From the sequence record SRR20825006_497: DNA of 64,000 nt; one strand, given 5' to 3'. Made by a program: the position numbers and the translations under genes. Shown here piece after piece: positions 56,073 through 64,000 of this stretch. The notes beneath the pieces are model-generated. The model was not told where the DNA came from. It saw nothing but the letters and a program-made list of their open reading frames with translations, and did no database searches. Positions within the stretch are counted from its first letter, which is position 1. Each line of letters starts with the position of its first letter.

Positions 56073-56273
56073 GGTCTCTCTCCCTTTTTGGCATGTCAGA
56101 TAAAGCGGATGCCTCTTGTCCGCGCCGCACGGATCGTTATCATGCTGACCTGACTTAGGCGGTTGGACGCGCTTCGGCAACAGCGCGGTGGTGCAGACCC
56201 CATGATTGGCGCCGCACATCCCCGCTCAGGTCGCATGATGCACGGCAAAACAGTCATAAAGGGACAGACAAAC

Positions 56274-56456
56274 ATGGCGATCCAAGCCCCAGAAACCGAA
56301 GTGGTCTCCACCTGGAAAGTGGCCTGTGATGGCAGCGAAGGCGCTTTGGGTCACCCGCGTGTCTGGCTCGCAATCCCCCACGACACCGGCTATGTCGAAT
56401 GCGGCTATTGCGACAAAAAATTCATCCATGAGAGCGCAAAACTCAAAGACGCTTGA
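56274..56456 (+). CDS. zf-CHCC zinc-finger protein
   Basis: [15 protein letters not shown]...VECGYCDK. Confidence 0.88.
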   Translation: MAIQAPETEVVSTWKVACDGSEGALGHPRVWLAIPHDTGYVECGYCDKKFIHESAKLKDA

Positions 56457-56537
56457 AAGAGCGGCTCTTTTTGTATGTTTGCAATATCTTAAAGTCTTGC
56501 ACCTAACCTCATCAGCGTATTGATGTGAAAGGCGTTC

Positions 56538-56966
56538 TTGGTGCTGGCAGTGAAACAAATCTCTTTGGTTCGAAACGATTTCCGGCGCCTCGCGCCGGTG
56601 CGACCGGAGATGTTCAAACGTTTTTATGAGCGACTGTTTGAAATCGCGCCTCACACGCGCGATCTCTATTCGGAAAGCCTGACGGAAGAAGCCATTCGCG
56701 TGAATGGTCTTCTCGAAATCGCTTTTCTCTCCCTCGATCATCCTCAGGCCATGTTTGCCACGCTACACACCTTGGGACGCGATTTTTCCGGTTTTGGCAT
56801 TTGGGAAACCCAATCGGACCTGGTCGTCGACTTGCTCGTTGAAGTGTTCGCTGAATTCGGGGGCCAAGACTGGGGATCGGAGCTTGAAAAGGCGTGGCAT
56901 AGCGTGCTGAGCTTTATCGCCCAAGGGATGAAGGATGGGGTCGTGTCCAAAGGGGCAACCGCCTGA
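56538..56966 (+). CDS. Single-domain globin-fold protein (proximal His absent)
   Basis: QISLVRNDF, FYERLFEIAP..RDLY, LG....FGI, W..ELEKAW...IAQGM globin pattern; start uncertain. Confidence 0.75.
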   Translation: MVLAVKQISLVRNDFRRLAPVRPEMFKRFYERLFEIAPHTRDLYSESLTEEAIRVNGLLEIAFLSLDHPQAMFATLHTLGRDFSGFGIWETQSDLVVDLLVEVFAEFGGQDWGSELEKAWHSVLSFIAQGMKDGVVSKGATA

Positions 56967-57096
56967 TTTTACCTTCGCGGTGCCCGATCTTCCTTTGAAC
57001 CACCCTACAATCACAGAAAGACGCGTATCCGGGTTGCAGCCCCTCACGCTTTCCGTGTTATCAAGGCGCGGGATTTGCGATCAGAGGACACGCGTC

Positions 57097-59904
57097 ATGA
57101 CATTCGGTAAAGGCAGCCATCTTCACCTCATTGACGGCTCTGCCTTCATATTCAGAGCCTATCACGCGCTCCCTCCTCTGACGCGCAAATCCGATGGGCT
57201 TCCCGTCGGGGCCGTCGCCGGGTTTTGCAACATGCTCTACCGCTATATCGAGGCCAATACTGGCAATGATGCGCCGACCCATGCCGCTGTTATCTTTGAT
57301 TATTCCGGGAAAACCTTTCGCAACGACCTCTTCCCGGCCTATAAAGCCAACCGCCCCCCTGCCCCCGAAGAACTGGTGCCGCAATTCCCACTGACCCGCG
57401 AAGCCACCCGCGCGTTCAATGTATCTTGCATCGAAATCGAAGGGTTTGAAGCCGACGACATCATCGGCACCCTGTCCTGTCAGGCGCGCGAGGCCGGCGG
57501 GCGAGTCACCATCATTTCATCGGACAAAGATCTGATGCAATTGATCGGCGGTGGGGTTGAAATGCTCGACCCAATGAAAAACAAGCGCATTGACCGCGAG
57601 GGCGTCGAAGAAAAATTCGGCGTCGGTCCCGAACGGGTTGTGGACGTTCAGGCACTGGCCGGAGATTCGGTGGATAACGTGCCCGGCGCGCCGGGGATCG
57701 GGATCAAAACGGCGGCGCTTTTGATCAATGAATATGGCGACCTAGACACGCTTTTGGCCCGCGCCGAAGAGATCAAACAACCCAAACGCCGTCAGGCCCT
57801 GATCGACAATGTCGACCAAATCCGCGTGTCGCGCGACCTGGTGAAACTCGATTGTGACATGGTCCTGGATTTCTCCCTCGACAGTCTGGAAGTACAAACC
57901 CCCAAGCTCGATGATCTCCTCGCTTTTCTCGCCAAAATGGAGTTCCGCACCATCATCAAACGCGTCTCCGAACGCTTTGGCGTCGAGGCCCCTGCGATCC
58001 CGGACGTTCCGGCCCCCGCCGCGGCCATGTCGGAGGCCCCGTCCGCGCCGAAACCCGTGCCGTTTGACACCGAAACCTATGAAAAAGTCTCGACCATGGG
58101 CGCGCTTGAGCGTTGGATCGACGCAATCTATGCCCGCGGCTATGTTGCCGTGGACACGGAAACCACCAGCCTGGATGAGATGCAGGCCGAGTTGGTCGGC
58201 ATCTCGCTTTGTGTCGAGCCGGGCACGGCTTGTTACATCCCCTTGGGTCACACGATTGGCGAAGATGACCTGTTCGGCGGCTCGAACCTTGTCGATGGGC
58301 AATTGGCCAAATCCATGGTTCTGGACGCGTTGAAACCGGTTTTAGAGGACGACAGCATCCTCAAAATCGGCCAGAATATGAAATATGATGCTAAGATTTT
58401 CGCCCGCAACGGCGTGACTGTCGCGCCCTATGACGACACCATGTTGATGTCTTATGCGCTCCACGCCGGTCTACACAATCACGGCATGGACACCCTGTCC
58501 GAGCGCTATCTGGACCATGTTCCGATCCCGACGAAAGAGCTTTTGGGCAGTGGCAAGTCCATGATCACCTTTGACAAGGTCGAGATCAACAAAGCGGTCG
58601 CCTATGCCGCCGAAGATGCCGACGTCACCCTGCGCCTGTGGCAGGTGTTCAAATCGAAACTCCACGCCGAACAGGTTACCACCGTCTACGAGACTCTGGA
58701 GCGCCCACTTTCGCCAGTTTTGGCGCAGATGGAAATGGCCGGGGTGATGGTGGACCGCGATGTGCTCTCGCGCATGTCCAACGCATTCGCGCAAAAGATG
58801 GCCGGGCTTGAGGCCGAAATTCACGACCTGGCGGGCGAAAATTTCAACGTCGGCTCCCCCAAGCAATTGGGCGAAATCCTGTTTGATAAAATGTCCCTGC
58901 CCGGCGGCAAAAAAGGCAAAACCGGGGCCTATGCCACGGGTGTGGACATCCTCGAAGACCTCGCCTCCGAGGGTCATGACCTGCCCGCCCGTGTGCTGGA
59001 TTGGCGTCAACTCTCAAAGCTGAAATCAACCTACACCGACGCGCTGCAACGGTTCATCAACCCTGAAACTGGCCGCGTTCACACCTCGTATGTGCAAACC
59101 GGAGCCGTGACCGGGCGTTTGTCCTCGACCGATCCGAACCTGCAAAACATCCCGGTGCGATCTGACGAAGGCCGCCGCATTCGCGAGGCCTTTATTGCGC
59201 CGAAAGGCCGCAAATTGATCTCGCTCGATTACTCACAAATCGAATTGCGTATCCTCGCCCATGTCGCCGGGATCGACAGTCTCAAACAGGCGTTCCGTGA
59301 CGGGTTGGACATTCATGCCATGACCGCAAGCGAGATGTTCGGTGTGCCGATTGAGGGCATGGACCCGATGGTCCGCCGCCAAGCCAAAGCGATCAATTTT
59401 GGCGTGATTTACGGCATTTCGGGCTTTGGACTTGCACGAAACCTGCGTATTCCCCGCAGCGAGGCACAAGGCTTTATCGACCGATATTTCGAACGCTTCC
59501 CGGGCATTCGCGCCTATATGGACGACACCGTGGCTTTCGCCAAAGAGCACCTTTATGTCCAAACTCTGTTTGGCCGTAAAATCCATACGCCGGAGATCGC
59601 CACCAAAGGGCCGCAGGCCGGCTTTGCCAAACGCGCCGCGATCAACGCCCCGATCCAAGGTGCCGCCGCCGATATCATCCGCCGCGCCATGGTGCGGATG
59701 CCCGACGCCATCCGCGATCTGCCCGCCACCATGTTGTTGCAGGTCCACGATGAATTGATTTTCGAGGTCGATGAGGACGCCTGTGATCAGGTGATCGACG
59801 TGGTCAAAGATGTGATGAAAAACGCCGCCTACCCCGCCGTCGTACTTGATGTCCCGATTGAGGTGGATGCCGGTATTGGCAACAATTGGGCCGAAGCGCA
59901 CTGA
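57097..59904 (+). CDS. polA: DNA polymerase I
   Basis: LIDGSAFIFRAYHA, EADD, VAVDTET, TGRLSSTDPNLQNIP, DYSQIELR, RRQAKAINFGVIYG, LQVHDEL. Confidence 0.98.
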   Translation: MTFGKGSHLHLIDGSAFIFRAYHALPPLTRKSDGLPVGAVAGFCNMLYRYIEANTGNDAPTHAAVIFDYSGKTFRNDLFPAYKANRPPAPEELVPQFPLTREATRAFNVSCIEIEGFEADDIIGTLSCQAREAGGRVTIISSDKDLMQLIGGGVEMLDPMKNKRIDREGVEEKFGVGPERVVDVQALAGDSVDNVPGAPGIGIKTAALLINEYGDLDTLLARAEEIKQPKRRQALIDNVDQIRVSRDLVKLDCDMVLDFSLDSLEVQTPKLDDLLAFLAKMEFRTIIKRVSERFGVEAPAIPDVPAPAAAMSEAPSAPKPVPFDTETYEKVSTMGALERWIDAIYARGYVAVDTETTSLDEMQAELVGISLCVEPGTACYIPLGHTIGEDDLFGGSNLVDGQLAKSMVLDALKPVLEDDSILKIGQNMKYDAKIFARNGVTVAPYDDTMLMSYALHAGLHNHGMDTLSERYLDHVPIPTKELLGSGKSMITFDKVEINKAVAYAAEDADVTLRLWQVFKSKLHAEQVTTVYETLERPLSPVLAQMEMAGVMVDRDVLSRMSNAFAQKMAGLEAEIHDLAGENFNVGSPKQLGEILFDKMSLPGGKKGKTGAYATGVDILEDLASEGHDLPARVLDWRQLSKLKSTYTDALQRFINPETGRVHTSYVQTGAVTGRLSSTDPNLQNIPVRSDEGRRIREAFIAPKGRKLISLDYSQIELRILAHVAGIDSLKQAFRDGLDIHAMTASEMFGVPIEGMDPMVRRQAKAINFGVIYGISGFGLARNLRIPRSEAQGFIDRYFERFPGIRAYMDDTVAFAKEHLYVQTLFGRKIHTPEIATKGPQAGFAKRAAINAPIQGAAADIIRRAMVRMPDAIRDLPATMLLQVHDELIFEVDEDACDQVIDVVKDVMKNAAYPAVVLDVPIEVDAGIGNNWAEAH

Positions 59905-59927
59905 TCTTCATTGTAGTCCAAATACTC
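59905..59927 (-). repeat. Copy of the GAGTATTT dispersed repeat
   Basis: Reverse complement GAGTATTTGGACTACAATGAAGA matches 11396-11418 at 17/23 positions (manual alignment). Confidence 0.5.
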
Positions 59928-59929
59928 AT

Positions 59930-59968
59930 AAAAACGGCGCGCGAGGGGCCTCCTGCGCGCCGTTTTTG
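59930..59968. terminator. Bidirectional terminator
   Basis: AAAAACGGCGCGC...GCGCGCCGTTTTT. Confidence 0.8.
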
Positions 59969-59983
59969 ATCCGAAGTCAGGCT

Positions 59984-60970
59984 TTAGATCAGCCCTTCTT
60001 TTTGGAACAAGACCTTGAGGTCCGCCTCAGGGCGCGGGCCGATGTGGGAAATCACCTCGGCGGCGGCCACACAGCCCATCCGGCCACAGGTCGCAAGGCT
60101 TTGCCCGGTGGCGTAGCCATAAAGGAAGCCCGCCGCGAATTGATCGCCCGCCCCAGTGGTATCCACCGGTTGCACGCGTTTGACCGGCACCACAGCCTCT
60201 TCATCGCCGCGCACCAACACCACGTCAGAGCCACCACGCGAACAGACCACGAGGCCACATTCGAAGGCTGCCAATTCCAAGGCCGTCGACAGGTCAGCCT
60301 GATAGAGACTTTCCCATTCATGTTCGTTGCCGATGACGAAATCCATCTCTTTGACAAAGGTCCGAAAATCATCACGGTGACGGTCCACACAGAACGGATC
60401 GGACAGAGAAATCCCAACCTTGCCGCCCGCCGCTTTGGTCAGTTTCGCGGCCTGGTCAAAGGCGTGTTTTCCCTTGGGTTTGTCGTAAAGATAGCCCTCA
60501 AGGAACATAATATCCGTGTCGCCCGCTGCGGTCTCGGTCACATCAGCCTCGGAAATTTCCGAAGAAATCCCCAAATAGGTGTTCATCGACCGCTCGCCAT
60601 CCGGGGAGACGAAAATCATCGACCGTGAGGTCGGCAATTCACCACCCGGCACCGGCGCATTCACAAAGGCTGTGCCATCGGCCACCATCTCGGCGGCATA
60701 AAACCGTCCCAAAGCGTCGTCATGCACCCGCCCGATAAAGCCGGTTTTCAGCCCCAGCATACCCAGCCCCGCCAGAGTGTTGGCGACGGACCCCCCCGGC
60801 GTTTGAACCCGGTTTTCCATCGCGCCATAAAGCATTTCGCCGCGCTCGCGTTCGACAAGCTGCATGATGCCTTTGTCGATCCCCATAAGGTCGAGGAAAC
60901 TGTCATCGGCCTGGCTGATCACATCGACGATGGCGTTGCCGATACCGACAACCTGATAGGTTTTAGTCAA
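59984..60970 (-). CDS. PfkB-family (adenosine/nucleoside) kinase
   Basis: GIGNAIVD, GGSVANT, ERSMNTYLG, LEGYL, VDTTGAGDQFAAGFL. Confidence 0.9.
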   Translation of the reverse strand: MTKTYQVVGIGNAIVDVISQADDSFLDLMGIDKGIMQLVERERGEMLYGAMENRVQTPGGSVANTLAGLGMLGLKTGFIGRVHDDALGRFYAAEMVADGTAFVNAPVPGGELPTSRSMIFVSPDGERSMNTYLGISSEISEADVTETAAGDTDIMFLEGYLYDKPKGKHAFDQAAKLTKAAGGKVGISLSDPFCVDRHRDDFRTFVKEMDFVIGNEHEWESLYQADLSTALELAAFECGLVVCSRGGSDVVLVRGDEEAVVPVKRVQPVDTTGAGDQFAAGFLYGYATGQSLATCGRMGCVAAAEVISHIGPRPEADLKVLFQKEGLI

Positions 60971-61607
60971 AATTTTTCTCCTCGAAGGCGCAGAGGTCTC
61001 GTATCAAACATGTGCTGCACAAAGGTTTACGCGCTTTGCAGGTGTAGCGTCCGTGCAGGATCATCCAGTGATGCGCGTGCTGTTGGAATTCGGCGGGGAT
61101 GTGGTCCTCGATCGCGCGTTCGACCGCGACGACATCCTTGCCCACGGCCACGCCCGAACGATTGCCGAACCGAAAAATATGGGTGTCGACGGCTTGGGTT
61201 GGCACATGCCACCACATGTTCAACACCACATTGGCGGTTTTGCGGCCCACCCCCGGCAGGCTTTCAAGAGCGGCGCGCGACGAGGGCACCTCACCGTCAT
61301 AGTCATCCACCAAAATTTGGCTCAGCTTGATGACATTCTTGGCCTTATTGCGATAGAGGCCGATGGTTTTGATATGTTCAATCAATCCCTCTTCGCCCAA
61401 ATCGAGCATCTTTTGCGGCGTGTCGGCGATTTTGAACAGGGCATTTGTGGCCTTGTTGACACCTTTATCGGTCGCCTGCGCCGAAAGCGCCACGGCCACC
61501 ACCAATGTATAGGCGTTGACGTGATCAAGCTCGCCTTTCGGCTCGGCCTCGGCGGTTTGGAACCGGGTGAAGATCTCTTTGATCGTGTGATACTCAAGCT
61601 GTTTCAT
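60963..61607 (-). CDS. nth: Endonuclease III
   Basis: LSAQATD, IGLYRNKAKN, LPGVGRKTANV (HhH), VDTH, CKARKPLCSTCLIRDLC Fe-S motif; start 61607 or 61613. Confidence 0.96.
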   Translation of the reverse strand: MKQLEYHTIKEIFTRFQTAEAEPKGELDHVNAYTLVVAVALSAQATDKGVNKATNALFKIADTPQKMLDLGEEGLIEHIKTIGLYRNKAKNVIKLSQILVDDYDGEVPSSRAALESLPGVGRKTANVVLNMWWHVPTQAVDTHIFRFGNRSGVAVGKDVVAVERAIEDHIPAEFQQHAHHWMILHGRYTCKARKPLCSTCLIRDLCAFEEKNFD

Positions 61608-61784
61608 GGGCATTCTAATGCCTTGTCGCGCCGCGCGGAGCAAGCCGTAGGTGACATGCGTGCAATTTTCCTAAAATCAGATGAAAATACGCACAATTTA
61701 GAGCCTTTGAACGGGGGCGATTAATCCGGTCTTCAGGGTTTACTGAAAAACTCGCCCTAACTTGGCTGTTTCAGGATCACACAT

Positions 61785-62492
61785 ATGAACGCTTTCGCGG
61801 ATATGAGCCCTTTTGCGGGAATGGGGATGACGGAGGCGGAGCTTTTGTCCGATGAGTCCCCGATGCCAGATCACGAAACACGGAGCGGTCCCAAATCTCT
61901 TTCGGGATTTGGCCCCGGCGTGATGATTGAAACCAGCGAAGGTCCGCAACCCGTCGAATGGCTACGCCCCGGCGATCTGTTGTTGACGCGCGATCACGGC
62001 TATCAACCGCTCCTTTGGGTCGGGAGAAGTGCGTTGGATGAGGCCCATGTCACCAAGCCTCTGCGCATTTTCGCGGGCGCTCTGGGCGAACACGCCCCGG
62101 AACGCGATCTGATCCTGTCGCCGGATCATCATATTCTCCTGAGCGCACCGCAAATTGAACTTTATTTTGCCGAAGCCGAAGTGTTTGTTCCCGTTTCCGA
62201 CATCGCCACCGAAGCGGAGGCCGCCTATGCGATTCCCCATCCGGAATATGCCTATTGCCATCTTCTCATGAAGGCGCATGAGGTGCTTTTGGCCGAAGGC
62301 GTTTGGATCGAAAGCCTGTTTGCGGATGAACGAACCCTATCCATGCTTCCCTCTGAAACCGTAATGAGCCTCCTCACAAAACTCGGACCAAACCACCGGA
62401 ACACCGAAACAGCGCGCATGATGCTCAAACGAGGCGAAGCTCTCGCGTTGCAACCGCGTTCTGCCATCGCAGCACGTCGCATAGCCGCCTAG
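61785..62492 (+). CDS. Stand-alone Hint (Hint_2/BIL-like) domain protein
   Basis: GFGPGVMIETSEGPQPVEWLRPGDLLLTRDHG.QP, LSPDHHIL, YCHLL..HEVLLAEG..IESL. Confidence 0.88.
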   Translation: MNAFADMSPFAGMGMTEAELLSDESPMPDHETRSGPKSLSGFGPGVMIETSEGPQPVEWLRPGDLLLTRDHGYQPLLWVGRSALDEAHVTKPLRIFAGALGEHAPERDLILSPDHHILLSAPQIELYFAEAEVFVPVSDIATEAEAAYAIPHPEYAYCHLLMKAHEVLLAEGVWIESLFADERTLSMLPSETVMSLLTKLGPNHRNTETARMMLKRGEALALQPRSAIAARRIAA

Positions 62493-62580
62493 GCGCCCGG
62501 ATCATCGGCGTTTCACCAAGTTTCGGGTCGGCAGAGACGCGCTAAGGCGCTAAGGTTTGACCGTTACCCTCTGATCTTGG

Positions 62581-63516
62581 ATGCCGCCCGTGACCTATGA
62601 AGACAAGCCCCTCGAAGACCAATACCATTTCAACGTGATCCGTCGCGCCATCGACCTGTTGGATCAGGCCCCCCTACCCTTGCCGCTTGACGCACTGGCA
62701 CAGGCTCTGGGCATGAGCCCGCATCACGCGCAAAAAATCTTTTCGCAATGGGCCGGAGTGTCGCCAAAACGGTTTCAGCAATATCTCACCCTGGGCCATG
62801 CCAAGGCGATGATTGCACAAAATCATACAATGGTTGAGGTCGCCGATGGTGCCGGGCTGTCCAGCACGGGCCGCCTGCACGATCTCTTTATGCGCTGGGA
62901 TGCGATGACGCCGGGGGATTTTGCCCGCAAAGGTGCGGGGCTGACACTCGCATACGGCTGGTTCGCCACGCCCTTTGGCGACGCCTTGGCCATGTCCACC
63001 GAGCGCGGCCTCTGCGCCCTCGCCTTTATCTCTGAGACCACGCGAGAGGCGGCCTTTGCCGACCTCTCCGGGCGTTGGCCCGCCGCCACCTACATTGAGG
63101 ACACCGAAGCCGTGCGCCCCTACATCGCCGCAGCCATCGGCGGCGGCGATCTGAAACTGCACCTCATCGGTGCGCCGTTTCAGATCAAAGTCTGGGAGGC
63201 GCTTTTGTCGATTCCTTCGGGTCAGGTCACCACCTATTCCGACATCGCTGCGGCCATTGGTGCGCCCAAAGCCGTGCGCGCGGTCGGCACCGCCGTCGGG
63301 CGCAACCCGGTGAGCTGGTTGATCCCCTGCCACCGCGTTTTGCGCAAAACCGGCGCTTTGGGCGGCTATCACTGGGGTCTACCTGTCAAACGCGCGCTTT
63401 TGGCCTATGAAAGCCTGCAAGCCGACAGTCAATCCCACATCCCGACTGAGCAGAAACCCGCCGCACTTGCGTGCTCCGCGAAAATCCACCGTGTTTCTGG
63501 CGCAATAGAGCGGTAA
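62581..63516 (+). CDS. ada: AraC-HTH/methylated-DNA-protein-cysteine methyltransferase (Ada-like)
   Basis: MSPHH.QK.F..WAGVSPKRF, FQIKVWEALL, RAVGTAVGRNP, IPCHRV. Confidence 0.88.
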   Translation: MPPVTYEDKPLEDQYHFNVIRRAIDLLDQAPLPLPLDALAQALGMSPHHAQKIFSQWAGVSPKRFQQYLTLGHAKAMIAQNHTMVEVADGAGLSSTGRLHDLFMRWDAMTPGDFARKGAGLTLAYGWFATPFGDALAMSTERGLCALAFISETTREAAFADLSGRWPAATYIEDTEAVRPYIAAAIGGGDLKLHLIGAPFQIKVWEALLSIPSGQVTTYSDIAAAIGAPKAVRAVGTAVGRNPVSWLIPCHRVLRKTGALGGYHWGLPVKRALLAYESLQADSQSHIPTEQKPAALACSAKIHRVSGAIER

Positions 63517-63553
63517 AACCAGCGCCAGAGCAGTTTTAACACGAGGATACGAT

Positions 63554-64000
63554 ATGAAATCCCCTCTTTTCGTTGCCATCCCGCTGATCGCCAGTTTTGG
63601 TCTGACGGCGTGCATGGACACCTATAGCGCTGATTCCAATCAGAAAACCACCCAAGGTGCCGTTATCGGCGCGACCCTTGGCGGCATTTTAGGCGCAAGC
63701 TCCAATGACGACAAATTGGCAAAAGCCGCCGTCGGTGCGGTGATTGGTGGGGCCATTGGTGGCGCCATCGGTCAGCAATTGGACAAACAAGCCGCAGATT
63801 TGCGTCAGGATCTCGGCAATGATGACGTGAAAATCGTCAACACCGGCTCGCAGTTGATTGTCACCATGCCACAGGACATTCTGTTTGCCACCGATAGCTC
63901 CGTTGTGATGCCCTCGCTGCAAAGCGACCTGAGCAAACTGGCCTATAACCTTCAGGATTATCCGAACACCACGGTTCAGGTGATCGGTCACACGGACAAC
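63554..64000 (+). CDS. OmpA-family lipoprotein (partial, runs off the window)
   Basis: GAGGA RBS; MKSPLFVAIPLIASFGLTAC lipobox; glycine-zipper GAVIGATLGG; DILFATDS, VIGHTDN OmpA-domain start. Confidence 0.9.
   Translation, partial: MKSPLFVAIPLIASFGLTACMDTYSADSNQKTTQGAVIGATLGGILGASSNDDKLAKAAVGAVIGGAIGGAIGQQLDKQAADLRQDLGNDDVKIVNTGSQLIVTMPQDILFATDSSVVMPSLQSDLSKLAYNLQDYPNTTVQVIGHTDN

Noticed and set aside
61785-62492. Intein in a host gene
   Set aside because: No flanking exteins, no N-terminal Cys, no C-terminal His-Asn
57097-63516. polA-nth-ada as a novel DNA repair or defence island
   Set aside because: Ordinary housekeeping genes in different orientations with host-like composition
1-64000. 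CRISPR array, rRNA or tRNA genes
   Set aside because: No regularly spaced repeat-spacer array or cloverleaf/rRNA-like sequence recognised; intergenic regions are short

Overview
Chromosomal segment of a GC-rich alphaproteobacterium; gene content and protein styles point to Rhodobacteraceae/Roseobacteraceae (inference, no search run). From left to right: IS debris (1-323); a complete C-P lyase phosphonate cluster (phnM, DUF1045, phnN, phnL, inserted corA, phnK, phnJ, small insert, phnI, phnH, phnG, phnF, second phnM, hexapeptide acetyltransferase, phnE x2, phnD, phnC; 426-15510) with Pho-box-like repeats; an AbrB-family membrane protein; a glycosyl-/sulfotransferase cluster (16856-23307); rpe, AraC regulator, deoC and a long aldehyde dehydrogenase; small membrane/secreted unknowns; a PLP aminotransferase; a Pho-box-preceded secreted phosphatase/phytase-like protein; hsp20 with a ROSE-like leader; a trypsin-like protease; glcDEF; DUF599; a low-GC orphan; a MoxR/DUF58/BatA-DUF4159 operon; DUF1285, hyi, a CDF transporter, TetR; a small secreted protein; a sulfotransferase/Core-2 branching-enzyme pair; HIT, ABC ATPase, zf-CHCC, a globin-like protein; polA, a PfkB kinase, nth, a Hint-domain protein, ada, and a partial OmpA lipoprotein. 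No rRNA, tRNA or CRISPR array was recognised. Best leads: (1) a glycosyltransferase-sulfotransferase fusion carrying an IS3-OrfA-like helix-turn-helix between its enzyme domains; (2) a low-GC orphan gene bracketed by related AAGGTC-type motifs, like a single gene cassette; (3) a globin lacking the proximal His; (4) an insertion between phnI and phnJ that is open on both strands. All family calls are by eye from motifs.
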